The translations under genes were made by a program, and so were the position numbers. A stretch of DNA of 64,000 nucleotides from Minisyncoccota bacterium. Lineage in GTDB: Bacteria > Patescibacteriota > Minisyncoccia > UBA6257 > XYB1-36-10. The first letter of the stretch is position 1, and every line of letters starts with the position of its first letter. The notes below the pieces were generated by a model. That model saw nothing but the letters and a program-made list of their open reading frames with translations. It did not search any database and was not told the DNA's origin. Positions 8,799 to 17,529 of this stretch are shown here, one piece after another. The stretch lies in assembly GCA_041651415.1 (NCBI GenBank), contig JBAZJH010000001.1, forward strand, positions 87,713 through 151,712, read 5' to 3'.

Positions 8799-11700
8799 TT
8801 ATTCGACAATTTCCGAGGGGATGATGGCAGTAACGTAACGGTTATACCTATCCTGAAGGAAAACAAAAATGCTGAATTTTACAGGAGTATTAGGCCATTC
8901 TACCATCTCTACTACCCAAACATTCCTCGTGATCTCCGTTATTCGAAAACGGATTTTCGAGGCGAGATCTAAAGAAGTGTCCGCGATAACCAAAGCTCTT
9001 GCCAGATTATCACCTGTTAAAAAACAAGTGAAAACCGGTTCGGTTTTTCCGATTGTCGCTTTAACTACACCGGTAAGAATCATCAGATTCTTTGCCGGAG
9101 GAGTTGGAGTCGGTGGAATCGGAGTTGCGGTTGGCACAAGCGTCGGTGTCGGAGTCGGTGGAACAGGCGTGGATGTCGGAGGAACAGGTGTTGGCGGAAC
9201 CGGTGTCGCCGTTGGTTCCGGCGTGTTTGTCGGAGTTGGCGGAACAGGCGTTGGCGGAACCGGTGTCGTTGTTGGTTCCACAAAAGCTTCGGTGGCATTC
9301 CATACAATCGTGGCTGTCACCGAATTCACTCCGTCACTCGCGACGATTTCGAAACTGCTCGTCGGGCCGATTTCCGTTGCCGAAAACACCAAGTCGGCAG
9401 ACAAATTCGAACCGACCTGCATAACGCTTGTCACCTCTACGACAAATGTCGGAGAGATGACAAAAGCGCTCACGATGTCGCCGTCGTCCGGGTCCGTAAT
9501 TGTTATATGCAATAATTGCGAATCCCCAACGGCTAACTCCGGCGTGGCATCGGTTGGCATCGCGAATACTTCCGGCGATACCGAAATAATCGGCGCTTGA
9601 TTCGCTTTCGGCGTCGGCGTTACAGTCGGCGTCGAAGTCGCGGTTGGAGGCAAAGTTGGGGTCGCGGTTTCCGTCGGCGTTGCAGTCGGCGGAAGCAGAA
9701 CGATGTTGATGCAGAAAGTTTCTTCCTTATCGAAAACCTTAAATCTAAAAATAAACGACCCTTGGTTTCTTTTGGAAGAAAAACTAATTATCAATTGCCG
9801 GTCACTTAATCGTTCCGTGTTGGTTTCCCCGAGCTGAGGAACGCCAACCATTTCTACTCTTCCTGCTTCTACTGAAGCTAAAAATTTTAAATTTCCAGTA
9901 GAAGACATGGCCCCGCTGCCGGAATAAGAAGCTCCAGTTTCCGGATTGGAAAAAGAAATTAAATCCGGAGGTACAGGAGTGTTTGTCATAGTCGGAGTAA
10001 CAGTCGCTGTCGGCAGAACTGGTGTAGTTGTTGGCACCAAGGTTGGTGTCGGAGGCACAGGAGTTTCTGTCGGCGTTGCTGTCGGCGGAACCGGAGTGTC
10101 GGTTGAAGTACAAGTTGGCGTCGGAATTTCCGGCGTTACAGTCGGCAATTCCGGAGTTGCTGTTGGAAATTCCGGAGTTTCAGTTGCTGTGGGCAACAAC
10201 TCTGTTGCTGTTGGCTGAACTGGAGTGTTCGTACTCGTGGGAGTAGGAAGCGCTTCAGTTGCTGTTGCTGTCGGCAATTCCGGGGTATTCGTTGCCGTCG
10301 GCGGGACTTCTGTCGCCGTCGGAGGCACTGAAGTATTGGTCGGTGTCGGCGGAACTTCTGTCGCCGTCGGGGGCACTGGAGTGTTGGTTGGAGTACTAGT
10401 TGGTGTTGGTGTCGGCGCTGGATTGATAGTAAATATAGCGTCAACAAAAGACAGATTGTAATTCGTATTCAAGGCCAAAGTGCCTTGGCAAATCGCATAG
10501 TCTCCGACAGGTTCACCTGGGTCGCGTATCAGCGCGCCCGAGAAGGCGTCGCTGAATGCTAACGAACCCGAAGTAATCTGATAAGTGAACACTGTAGGGT
10601 CCGAATCCCCAAAGGTTTTCGACTTGGGTTCAGCCGCTACCGTAATCTGTCTTGCCGTGACAAGTAAATTGTCACCAACAAATGCCAGATTATAGTTGTC
10701 GCTCAAAGCCAGACTTCCTTGGGTGATGGCGTAAGTGCTGACATTTTCGCCAGGTGCTCGCGTGAGCGAACCCGAGAAGGTGTCAGCTCCGACCAGCGAG
10801 CCTGCGGTGATTTGGTAAGTGAGAGGCGCTGGGTCGGCATCTCCGTAGACTTTCGTCTGCGGGTCGGTAGTGACTTCGATCGTTCTTTTGTTAACTACCA
10901 GGCTCGCCGTTCCACTGCTTGCGCCGTTTTCCGTGTCGCCCGCGAAATTCGCGGCGACTCCAACCGGATATGAACCTTGATTGGTATCAAGGACGATTCC
11001 GGTGAGAGTTGCGACACCGCTACCGTCAGTCAAAGCGTTGCCTTTAGCAACGCCATTAAGCGAAAAGTCAATTTGCTTTCCGCTCATGGCTGGCGAAAGC
11101 GTCGCCGACAAACCGACGATGTTTCCGTAGTTGTCGGTAATTGAAGCTACCGACAAAGACGTGGAAAACACCGAACATGGCTCGTTCAGAGAAAACGGCC
11201 AGTAATCAACATGATCACTGACGGCATTTCCAGTCCCTGTTGGGTTTGAAGAATGAAACGGACCGGTAGGAGAACCCCACCAGTTTCTTTTGGCGTTTGC
11301 GGTCAAATAAACGACATTTGATTCAAAGCCAAAATTATTACCGATTCGATTGAGATTAGCTATAATACTGGTAAATATACCAGTATCGCAACCGCTCTCG
11401 CACTGATATGTCCCGATGCCTGTTCCAAATCCGGTGATGGTGTTATTCATCATCAGTAGATTCAAATTATCGGGGCCATATCCGGCGTCGGCTTCCAAGC
11501 CGACTGTTCCGGTGTTGTCTGGACCGCTGAAGTTAATTACATTGTCCGTAATCACTACATCCAGCGTTCGTACCACCATCGGTTTATTCTGTCTGCCAAA
11601 TCTGGAAGCAGTTTTTCCTTTGGCGGCCGGTTTTTCCGGAACGTCAAACGGCGAGGGAACGATTCCTGGCGGGTCGGAGGCGACTATGCCGTATCCCGAT

Positions 11701-14471
11701 TCGCCGGCTTTGATGGTCTGTAATTCATTACCATCAATTATTCCCGTGCCGTCATAGCTGTAGATGGGAACCTGGCCGTTAGTGACCTGGCTTCCTACCA
11801 CATTAACATCCGCGTAATAACTAAGAATGCTTGATGCCACCCATTTAGTGGCAGAAGCGCTGTTATCATACGCAATGCCGTCAATAGCCGTGTCTTCAAT
11901 CACTGCGGTCAGTGTCCCGAGTGGCGACCCAATATCATAGACTTGGATGCCATTTTGGGCGGTAACGGCAGTCACGCCATAACCTTGCACGTTGTTATTT
12001 TTTATAACAACTTGCAAATTTTTTCCCGCTAGAGCAACGCCATTCTTTTGAAAGTCATGAATGTCATTGCCAAGCAAGTTGATAACGCGCGCGACTCCGT
12101 CATTGTTGTAAGAATAAATTCCTACGCCATGTTGGACGCCGCTGAACGGCGTATCGCGCACGTCTTTTATAACGCAGTTCTCAACCGTTCCGCCGGCATT
12201 CCAAAAAGCGATGCCATCAAAACGATTATTGCTGTTTCCCCGCCCTGCTCCGTCAACGATAATGTCTTTCATTATCAGATTGGCATTTTTGGCGAGAATG
12301 ATTGGTTTGTGGGTTGCGGTGGTTGTGAAGCTCCCCGTCAGAATAACGGGCGACTTGATAAAAGTTCCGCCTGCCATTCCTAGAACAGATAGGTCTTTTC
12401 CGTCATCAATAACTTGTTCTTCAAAAGTTCCGGCAGAAACCAGAACTTTGTCGCCGGTAACAGCAGCGTGGTCAACTTCACCTTGAATCGTTCCGCCGAT
12501 ACGACGGACATTATTAAAGGTGCCGTAACTATTCGGATAAGAATATGTCCGAATATCGTTTGGAGGATTTACTCCTACCACAACGGCTCTGTCAAAAGTG
12601 TTGTTAGTAAAATACGATGCCCAATCAAATTGGGTGTTATCGTAATCACCCCTCGCACGGATATGCTGGCTGTTGCCGGAAAAAGTGTTGCCGGTAATAA
12701 CGGCTCCACCGATTCCATAGACAAACCATGGCACTCCGGTGCCACTTCCTGTGAAGCTGATTGAAGCTCCGGAACCGCTAAAAGCAATTTTGTTATTAGC
12801 GATTACGCGTCCAGAAACCAAACCTGTGTAACCGGCGCCGCTGTTAATATCGATACTGCACTGATTGAGGTAATTTCCCTCAACTAAATAAGTTTGGACA
12901 TGGGAAGTATTGGTTCCCGTGTCAAAGCGTTCATCGCAGAGATAAACTGACGCCCACGGATTGATAGCGGTGGTGTCGGTGATTTCGCAGTATTTTATTA
13001 CCGCGTTATCACCAATAACCGTTACTGTTTTGTTAGTCCCAAGAGTCGGATTTTGCCAGATTTTAAGACCGGTCAAAGTGACATTATCACCTTGAACCCA
13101 GACTCCATCCGGCCCAAAATTATCTGTGGCGTTTGTTTCCACAAATGCCTGAATATTATGGTAATCCGTAATCGGGTTTCCGCTCGCATCCACTCCTTCG
13201 ACTGTTAATCCGTCTTTAGCTAAATAAAGGCCAAAGGTGTAACCGGAATAAGAGCCGGAGGATGGTGTGGAGCGATTGGCCGCTGTTTCGGAATAACTGC
13301 CAGGGAAAACTTTTACAGTTCCACCCGCAGCAACTCCGTCAATACCTTCCTGAATTGTCGAAAAAGCATCGTAGCCGTAAATGTGTCCGTCGGAGCCACC
13401 ATCTGTATAGGCAGCGTCAACGAAAACAGTAGACGGGTTCGGTTCACTTAAAATCGTCATTATGGCGTTGACCCAATAAGGGCCAAAGTCCACCGAGCCG
13501 ACAATTTTGCTTGCGATTAAGGGGCGATAAGCTGTGCCCCACCAGTTTCTTTCAGCGTCCAGTGTTGTGCTGGACAAGTTAACAACATCGCCGTTTAAGT
13601 TGACATTGTTAACTTTCAAAATACCTGACGCAGTGTCGCGAACAACAACAGCGGCAAAGTATTTGCCGGCTTCCGGCGTATAGCCGTTTTTGTTGACGCT
13701 GATACTGCCGCCGGCAACAGCCATATCGACGATGGTTGAGCTGCCAAAGCGCACGCCGTAAGTGTTGTCCGTCGCGTTGTTGGCGACAACATCGATATTC
13801 GTATCTTGGACAACTAAATTACCGCCGCCGCCTTGGTGATTAATTCCGCTATGGACATTAGTCATAGTGGAATTCTTAACCGTGAGATTTAGCGCGTAAC
13901 CTTGAACCGAACCATATAGACCATTTTGGAAAGTGCACTCCTCAATCGTGATGTCTGAGTTGCCATTGCTGGCGCCTCTTTCCAAAACGACACCAAGCCA
14001 AGCTCCGCTCGCTGTACCGTCATAGATAAACCGGCTGCCACCGTCAAAAATGCAATTTTTGACAACAGCGCCATTGACGCCAAAAAGCGAAAGAAGGGTG
14101 CTCGTGGTTATTTCAAAGTCGATATTTTCCACTCGGACGTTATCGTCCATGGAACTATCGAGATTGTAAACGACGGAACCTGCGATTGTCGTCAGGGGAT
14201 TACCGGAACCATCGATGGTTCCTATAAGATTAATTCTTTTCCCCAAGACTTTCGTTGGCGTGATGGTGCCGTTTTTGACATCTTCCGGATAACTTCCGGC
14301 CGCAATTTGAATCGTGTCGCCGTCTGCCGCGGCATTGATTGCCGCTTGAATCGTTGTTTGATCAGTCGGCACATTGATGACAGCCGCACTCGCTTCGCCA
14401 GTGAATCCTAAAAAGAGAATTACCAGCCCTAAAACTGCGAAACCGCTTTTTCTAAACTTACTCTTGTTCAT
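8799..14471 (-). CDS. Giant secreted surface protein (1890 aa) with a signal peptide, right-handed parallel beta-helix repeats, MBG/YDG-type repeats and long Pro/Thr-rich linkers.
   Basis: Signal peptide MNKSKFRKSGFAVLGLVILFLGFTGEASA. Repeated beta-helix rungs with NWWG caps (ERNWWGTAYRP, KRNWWGSPTGP). KVYGD…TYQITAGSLVG…NYNL MBG-like repeats. PTPTPTSTPTNTPVPPTATEVPPT… linkers. Confidence 0.85.
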   Translation of the reverse strand: MNKSKFRKSGFAVLGLVILFLGFTGEASAAVINVPTDQTTIQAAINAAADGDTIQIAAGSYPEDVKNGTITPTKVLGKRINLIGTIDGSGNPLTTIAGSVVYNLDSSMDDNVRVENIDFEITTSTLLSLFGVNGAVVKNCIFDGGSRFIYDGTASGAWLGVVLERGASNGNSDITIEECTFQNGLYGSVQGYALNLTVKNSTMTNVHSGINHQGGGGNLVVQDTNIDVVANNATDNTYGVRFGSSTIVDMAVAGGSISVNKNGYTPEAGKYFAAVVVRDTASGILKVNNVNLNGDVVNLSSTTLDAERNWWGTAYRPLIASKIVGSVDFGPYWVNAIMTILSEPNPSTVFVDAAYTDGGSDGHIYGYDAFSTIQEGIDGVAAGGTVKVFPGSYSETAANRSTPSSGSYSGYTFGLYLAKDGLTVEGVDASGNPITDYHNIQAFVETNATDNFGPDGVWVQGDNVTLTGLKIWQNPTLGTNKTVTVIGDNAVIKYCEITDTTAINPWASVYLCDERFDTGTNTSHVQTYLVEGNYLNQCSIDINSGAGYTGLVSGRVIANNKIAFSGSGASISFTGSGTGVPWFVYGIGGAVITGNTFSGNSQHIRARGDYDNTQFDWASYFTNNTFDRAVVVGVNPPNDIRTYSYPNSYGTFNNVRRIGGTIQGEVDHAAVTGDKVLVSAGTFEEQVIDDGKDLSVLGMAGGTFIKSPVILTGSFTTTATHKPIILAKNANLIMKDIIVDGAGRGNSNNRFDGIAFWNAGGTVENCVIKDVRDTPFSGVQHGVGIYSYNNDGVARVINLLGNDIHDFQKNGVALAGKNLQVVIKNNNVQGYGVTAVTAQNGIQVYDIGSPLGTLTAVIEDTAIDGIAYDNSASATKWVASSILSYYADVNVVGSQVTNGQVPIYSYDGTGIIDGNELQTIKAGESGYGIVASDPPGIVPSPFDVPEKPAAKGKTASRFGRQNKPMVVRTLDVVITDNVINFSGPDNTGTVGLEADAGYGPDNLNLLMMNNTITGFGTGIGTYQCESGCDTGIFTSIIANLNRIGNNFGFESNVVYLTANAKRNWWGSPTGPFHSSNPTGTGNAVSDHVDYWPFSLNEPCSVFSTSLSVASITDNYGNIVGLSATLSPAMSGKQIDFSLNGVAKGNALTDGSGVATLTGIVLDTNQGSYPVGVAANFAGDTENGASSGTASLVVNKRTIEVTTDPQTKVYGDADPAPLTYQITAGSLVGADTFSGSLTRAPGENVSTYAITQGSLALSDNYNLAFVGDNLLVTARQITVAAEPKSKTFGDSDPTVFTYQITSGSLAFSDAFSGALIRDPGEPVGDYAICQGTLALNTNYNLSFVDAIFTINPAPTPTPTSTPTNTPVPPTATEVPPTPTNTSVPPTATEVPPTATNTPELPTATATEALPTPTSTNTPVQPTATELLPTATETPEFPTATPELPTVTPEIPTPTCTSTDTPVPPTATPTETPVPPTPTLVPTTTPVLPTATVTPTMTNTPVPPDLISFSNPETGASYSGSGAMSSTGNLKFLASVEAGRVEMVGVPQLGETNTERLSDRQLIISFSSKRNQGSFIFRFKVFDKEETFCINIVLLPPTATPTETATPTLPPTATSTPTVTPTPKANQAPIISVSPEVFAMPTDATPELAVGDSQLLHITITDPDDGDIVSAFVISPTFVVEVTSVMQVGSNLSADLVFSATEIGPTSSFEIVASDGVNSVTATIVWNATEAFVEPTTTPVPPTPVPPTPTNTPEPTATPVPPTPVPPTSTPVPPTPTPTLVPTATPIPPTPTPPAKNLMILTGVVKATIGKTEPVFTCFLTGDNLARALVIADTSLDLASKIRFRITEITRNVWVVEMVEWPNTPVKFSIFVFLQDRYNRYVTAIIPSEIVE

Positions 14472-14699
14472 TAGTAGTCGCTCCTTGTTTGAGATTTTGG
14501 GATTTTTCCCGTTTCGATGTTCAACAACTAAACTAAAAAAAACAAAGACATTAATGCTCCGCTTTTTTAATTCATTTTTTCTTCATCTCCTTTCTTTTCT
14601 GTTTTATTTTTTATTGTCAAACAGCGCATTTTTCCGATTTTCTTAAAAAAGATAAAGCGGAAAAATTCATTAAGATAATAGCTTAAAATTGCCTGTTTT

Positions 14700-14729
14700 G
14701 TCAAATCATGTTTATTGAAATGATTTGAC
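14700..14729. promoter_or_regulatory. Candidate operator: 10-bp perfect inverted repeat GTCAAATCAT-N10-ATGATTTGAC overlapping a TTGACT(-35)-17-TATTTT(-10) promoter for the 14790 gene.
   Basis: The inverted repeat is read directly from the sequence. A -35/-10 arrangement lies 36 nt upstream of an AGGAGG-led start at 14790. Confidence 0.35.
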
Positions 14730-14789
14730 TTTTTTCAATCTTCCAGGTATTTTAAAAGAAGAAGATTTGAAAAAAAGGAGGCGAAAAAA

Positions 14790-15065
14790 ATGTATATTTT
14801 TCCGGAAGATGCGTTTAGAATGCATCGGAGTTTTTTTAAGGAGATTGCTCTTTCTTATATATATAGGAAAGAGATTGCAAAACGGAGGCAGGAGGTGAAT
14901 GAAATTACAGAAATGGCAAGTAATTCACCTGCCGGCGAGGAATTATTATTTTATAACTGCGCGCCCTTGCCCGTAAGCGCAAAAAAATGGCAAGGACCAT
15001 CATTGGAAAACCGCGCTCTTTCAAAAAAGTTTGGTTTGGGAGAATATATCGATATTTTGGCCTGA
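14790..15065 (+). CDS. Hypothetical protein.
   Basis: 91 aa preceded by a strong SD AGGAGG. No family recognised. Confidence 0.45.
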   Translation: MYIFPEDAFRMHRSFFKEIALSYIYRKEIAKRRQEVNEITEMASNSPAGEELLFYNCAPLPVSAKKWQGPSLENRALSKKFGLGEYIDILA

Positions 15066-15111
15066 CGCGCTTTGTTTTAACAAAGTTAGCCGAGGGCCTT
15101 TTTTATTTTGT

Positions 15112-15162
15112 TTATTAAATCTTCGCGAAAACCCCGCGTGTTAGCTATAAGGGGTTTGACAA
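15112..15162 (+). repeat. Repeat family A, truncated copy A4 (left arm plus first hairpin only).
   Basis: ttattaaatcttcgcgaaaaccccgcgtgttagctataaggggtttgac matches the 5' half of the A elements. Confidence 0.55.
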
Positions 15163-15239
15163 TTTATAAACAGAGAATAGGATAGAAGCAGAATTTGCAT
15201 CTTGACAATTGCATACAATAATGGAAAAGGAGAAAGGCA

Positions 15240-15740
15240 ATGAAAGAGAAAGCAAAGAAGATTTGGAGTTCTTTAACCGGATTAATATCGTTTTTCGGAA
15301 AGGTTTTCGGTGGGTCGGAAAAACTTATCCCCGAGCAGCTTTTTTTGAAAGATATTTTGTCTACCGAATGGCCTAAAGGCAGCAAGCGAAACTTCGAAGA
15401 AAGAGTCCGAATATTACAGCGGAAAGCGAAAATAGTTTTGAACGAAATTGAAGTGGTCTTTATAAAGCTTCAAAAAATTATGCCTCTTTTGCCTTTTCGC
15501 CGCAGAGAATTGGAAATAATGTTAATGAAAGGCGATTCGGTTTGGGAAGTGGCGCAAGCTATTTGCGACCAATATCAGCTTATATCTAGCGTTGAGGCAA
15601 AAGAAAAGTTAATGGGAAAATTTTCCGTCTTAAAGGAAAAAGGGTTTTTAACCGCCAACCTTTTTGTGAAGGAAGAAGGAGGGGACAGAAGCTATCTATT
15701 TCCGTGGGAGGAGCAATATGTCGGGCTTCAAGAAAAATAA
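15240..15740 (+). CDS. Hypothetical protein.
   Basis: 166 aa. It overlaps the next gene by 23 nt, suggesting an operon. No family recognised. Confidence 0.45.
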   Translation: MKEKAKKIWSSLTGLISFFGKVFGGSEKLIPEQLFLKDILSTEWPKGSKRNFEERVRILQRKAKIVLNEIEVVFIKLQKIMPLLPFRRRELEIMLMKGDSVWEVAQAICDQYQLISSVEAKEKLMGKFSVLKEKGFLTANLFVKEEGGDRSYLFPWEEQYVGLQEK

Positions 15741-17208
15741 AATAAGGAGAAAGGTGATGAAACTTAAAAATTCATTCGGACTTTTGGCGATTTTTATGGC
15801 GATGTTTTTTGCGATTAAAGAAATGTCGCCGGTTCTCCCAGTTTTAGCGGCGGATAATTTCGAAAGGGAAGCTGCTGATTTTACCCGGCAACCGGGAAAA
15901 AAGCGGGTGGTTATTTATCCGGTTATTCCGATAGTGGAAGAAGGCAACTTTCGCGAGTTGGAGCTCACGCTTCAAGACCCGTTTATTTATCTGCGGGAGA
16001 TGTTTTCTTTATACAGCAATACTCTTTCGGATTTAGTTTCAGCGCCGGAAGGACAAATGGGAGGCGGTGATATGCCATTCACGGCTGAAATCAATAATTT
16101 TTCGGAAAAAAATATTCCCGGAATTATTGATGCTTTAAGCCGAATCTTTCTGACTTTATGCGAATATTCGGAACAGCGCGTGGAGAAAGTTAAAGCGGGA
16201 GCAGCGGAGAGCTTTTCTTCTATGATAAAAAGCGGTTTTGATGATTGCTTTCGACGTTATGGCATTCAAAATGGCGCGAGAAGGGCGAGCTTTATGGACA
16301 AAAGCTCAATGTCGGAAGAGGCGCTCTTTTATGGGTTTACTGTTGCGTTAGAAGAAGAAAAAAAAGCGGCGCCGATAAAAATAAGCTGGGAGATTTGGAA
16401 GGAAATTTTGCAAACAGTGGATTACGTGATGTTTGGTTCTTACACCGTTTTACAATCTGCGCTGGAATCAGAAAGTGAAATTCGGCTGCGGCTTGATTTA
16501 ACCGCGGTCAATATTCGCACTGGCGAGCGAAGGCAATTCAGTTCGGAAGGTTCCATAAACGAAGTGGCAATTTTGCTTGGCGAAGCGGTATTTGACGCTT
16601 TCCAACGCAATATTTATTCGGAATGGATAAGCCCGCTCTCGCAAATAGAGTGGATTCAAACTCAGCCGGTTAATCTAAGACTTACTTCTTCCGAAGCGCG
16701 CGAATATTGCGAAAGTCAGGGAGGACGGTTACCAACGGCGCGGCAAATGCTTCAAGCATTTCCGGGCGGGCGTTACCTTAACGGCGGCATTGAACTGAAA
16801 CCGAACGAATATTATTTAGTCCGCGACACAACGCTTACCGGCGATTCGTTGTATTTTGTCTATGAAATAAGCAATCGTTCCGGTTCGGAAGGGCCGATTC
16901 GTACGGCGCCCGGCATAAATTTTCGTTCGCTATTTTGGTGCATGCGGGATTTTAACTATCGGGAGCCGATGGAAGATTTAGAGGAAGGTTTAAGAAACAA
17001 GGCACGGATGCTTTTGCGAGAGAAAAGCGAAGCAACCGAAAAGAAAACCAATCTTGTTTTGGAGATTATTTATTTTCTCCAAAATAAGATTGGAGATATG
17101 ACCGCTTTTCCGGAGTATGAGGATAGGTTTGATTTTGATTCTGTGAAAGAGGCGATAGAAATATTGCGGGAAGAGGAGAAAAGTAAAAATGTTTTCAAAA
17201 ACAACTGA
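15718..17208 (+). CDS. Secreted hypothetical protein with a C-terminal DUF1566/C-type-lectin-like module.
   Basis: 496 aa with a signal/TM segment (LKNSFGLLAIFMAMFFAIKEMSPVLPVLAA). The C-terminal …SSEAREYCESQGGRLPTARQMLQAF… resembles the W…YC…GG.WRLPT motif of DUF1566 (Lcl-like) domains, as I recall it. Confidence 0.45.
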   Translation: MSGFKKNKIRRKVMKLKNSFGLLAIFMAMFFAIKEMSPVLPVLAADNFEREAADFTRQPGKKRVVIYPVIPIVEEGNFRELELTLQDPFIYLREMFSLYSNTLSDLVSAPEGQMGGGDMPFTAEINNFSEKNIPGIIDALSRIFLTLCEYSEQRVEKVKAGAAESFSSMIKSGFDDCFRRYGIQNGARRASFMDKSSMSEEALFYGFTVALEEEKKAAPIKISWEIWKEILQTVDYVMFGSYTVLQSALESESEIRLRLDLTAVNIRTGERRQFSSEGSINEVAILLGEAVFDAFQRNIYSEWISPLSQIEWIQTQPVNLRLTSSEAREYCESQGGRLPTARQMLQAFPGGRYLNGGIELKPNEYYLVRDTTLTGDSLYFVYEISNRSGSEGPIRTAPGINFRSLFWCMRDFNYREPMEDLEEGLRNKARMLLREKSEATEKKTNLVLEIIYFLQNKIGDMTAFPEYEDRFDFDSVKEAIEILREEEKSKNVFKNN

Positions 17209-17248
17209 AGCGAAAATTATCAGCATTTTATTTTTAGCGTTATAAATT

Positions 17249-17278
17249 CGCGTCCGATTAATCTCGGACGCTTTTTTT
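17249..17278 (+). terminator. Intrinsic terminator (gcgtccgattaatctcggacgc + T7).
   Basis: A 9-bp stem plus a T-run sits 40 nt after the 15718..17208 stop. Confidence 0.65.
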
Positions 17279-17375
17279 ATTAAATCTCCGTAGAAACATT
17301 GCGCGTTAGCGCAAGGTTTCTACGGCTAAGATTTAATAAAACCCCGTCGTAGGCGGGGTGAAACTCAAGATATTA
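17277..17375 (+). repeat. Repeat family A, copy A5 (lacks the terminal GNRA hairpin).
   Basis: ttattaaatctccgtagaaacattgcgcgttagcgcaaggtttctacggctaagatttaataaaaccccgtcgtaggcggggtgaaactcaagat. The arms CCGTAGAAAC/GTTTCTACGG differ from other copies in a way that keeps the stem paired. Confidence 0.7.
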
Positions 17376-17529
17376 TCGAGTTTCGTTAAGTCTCTGTAAA
17401 AACATTTAATTTTATTAAAAATTTATTTTATCGGAATTGACATTTTGCCAGGGATTATTTCAATGCTAAAATTATTGACACAGGGGGGAGGGGATTTATA
17501 CTTTAAATTGGAAAAAGGCAACATAGCCG

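Noticed and set aside
8869-13813. Numerous ORFs in other frames within the 1890-aa gene (for example 8869..9600, 9061..9307, 9946..10461, 12048..12764)
   Set aside because: They are products of Pro/Thr/Gly-rich low-complexity repeats read in alternative frames (GVGVGGTGV…, RRHR…). They are nested in a long gene with coherent domain structure.
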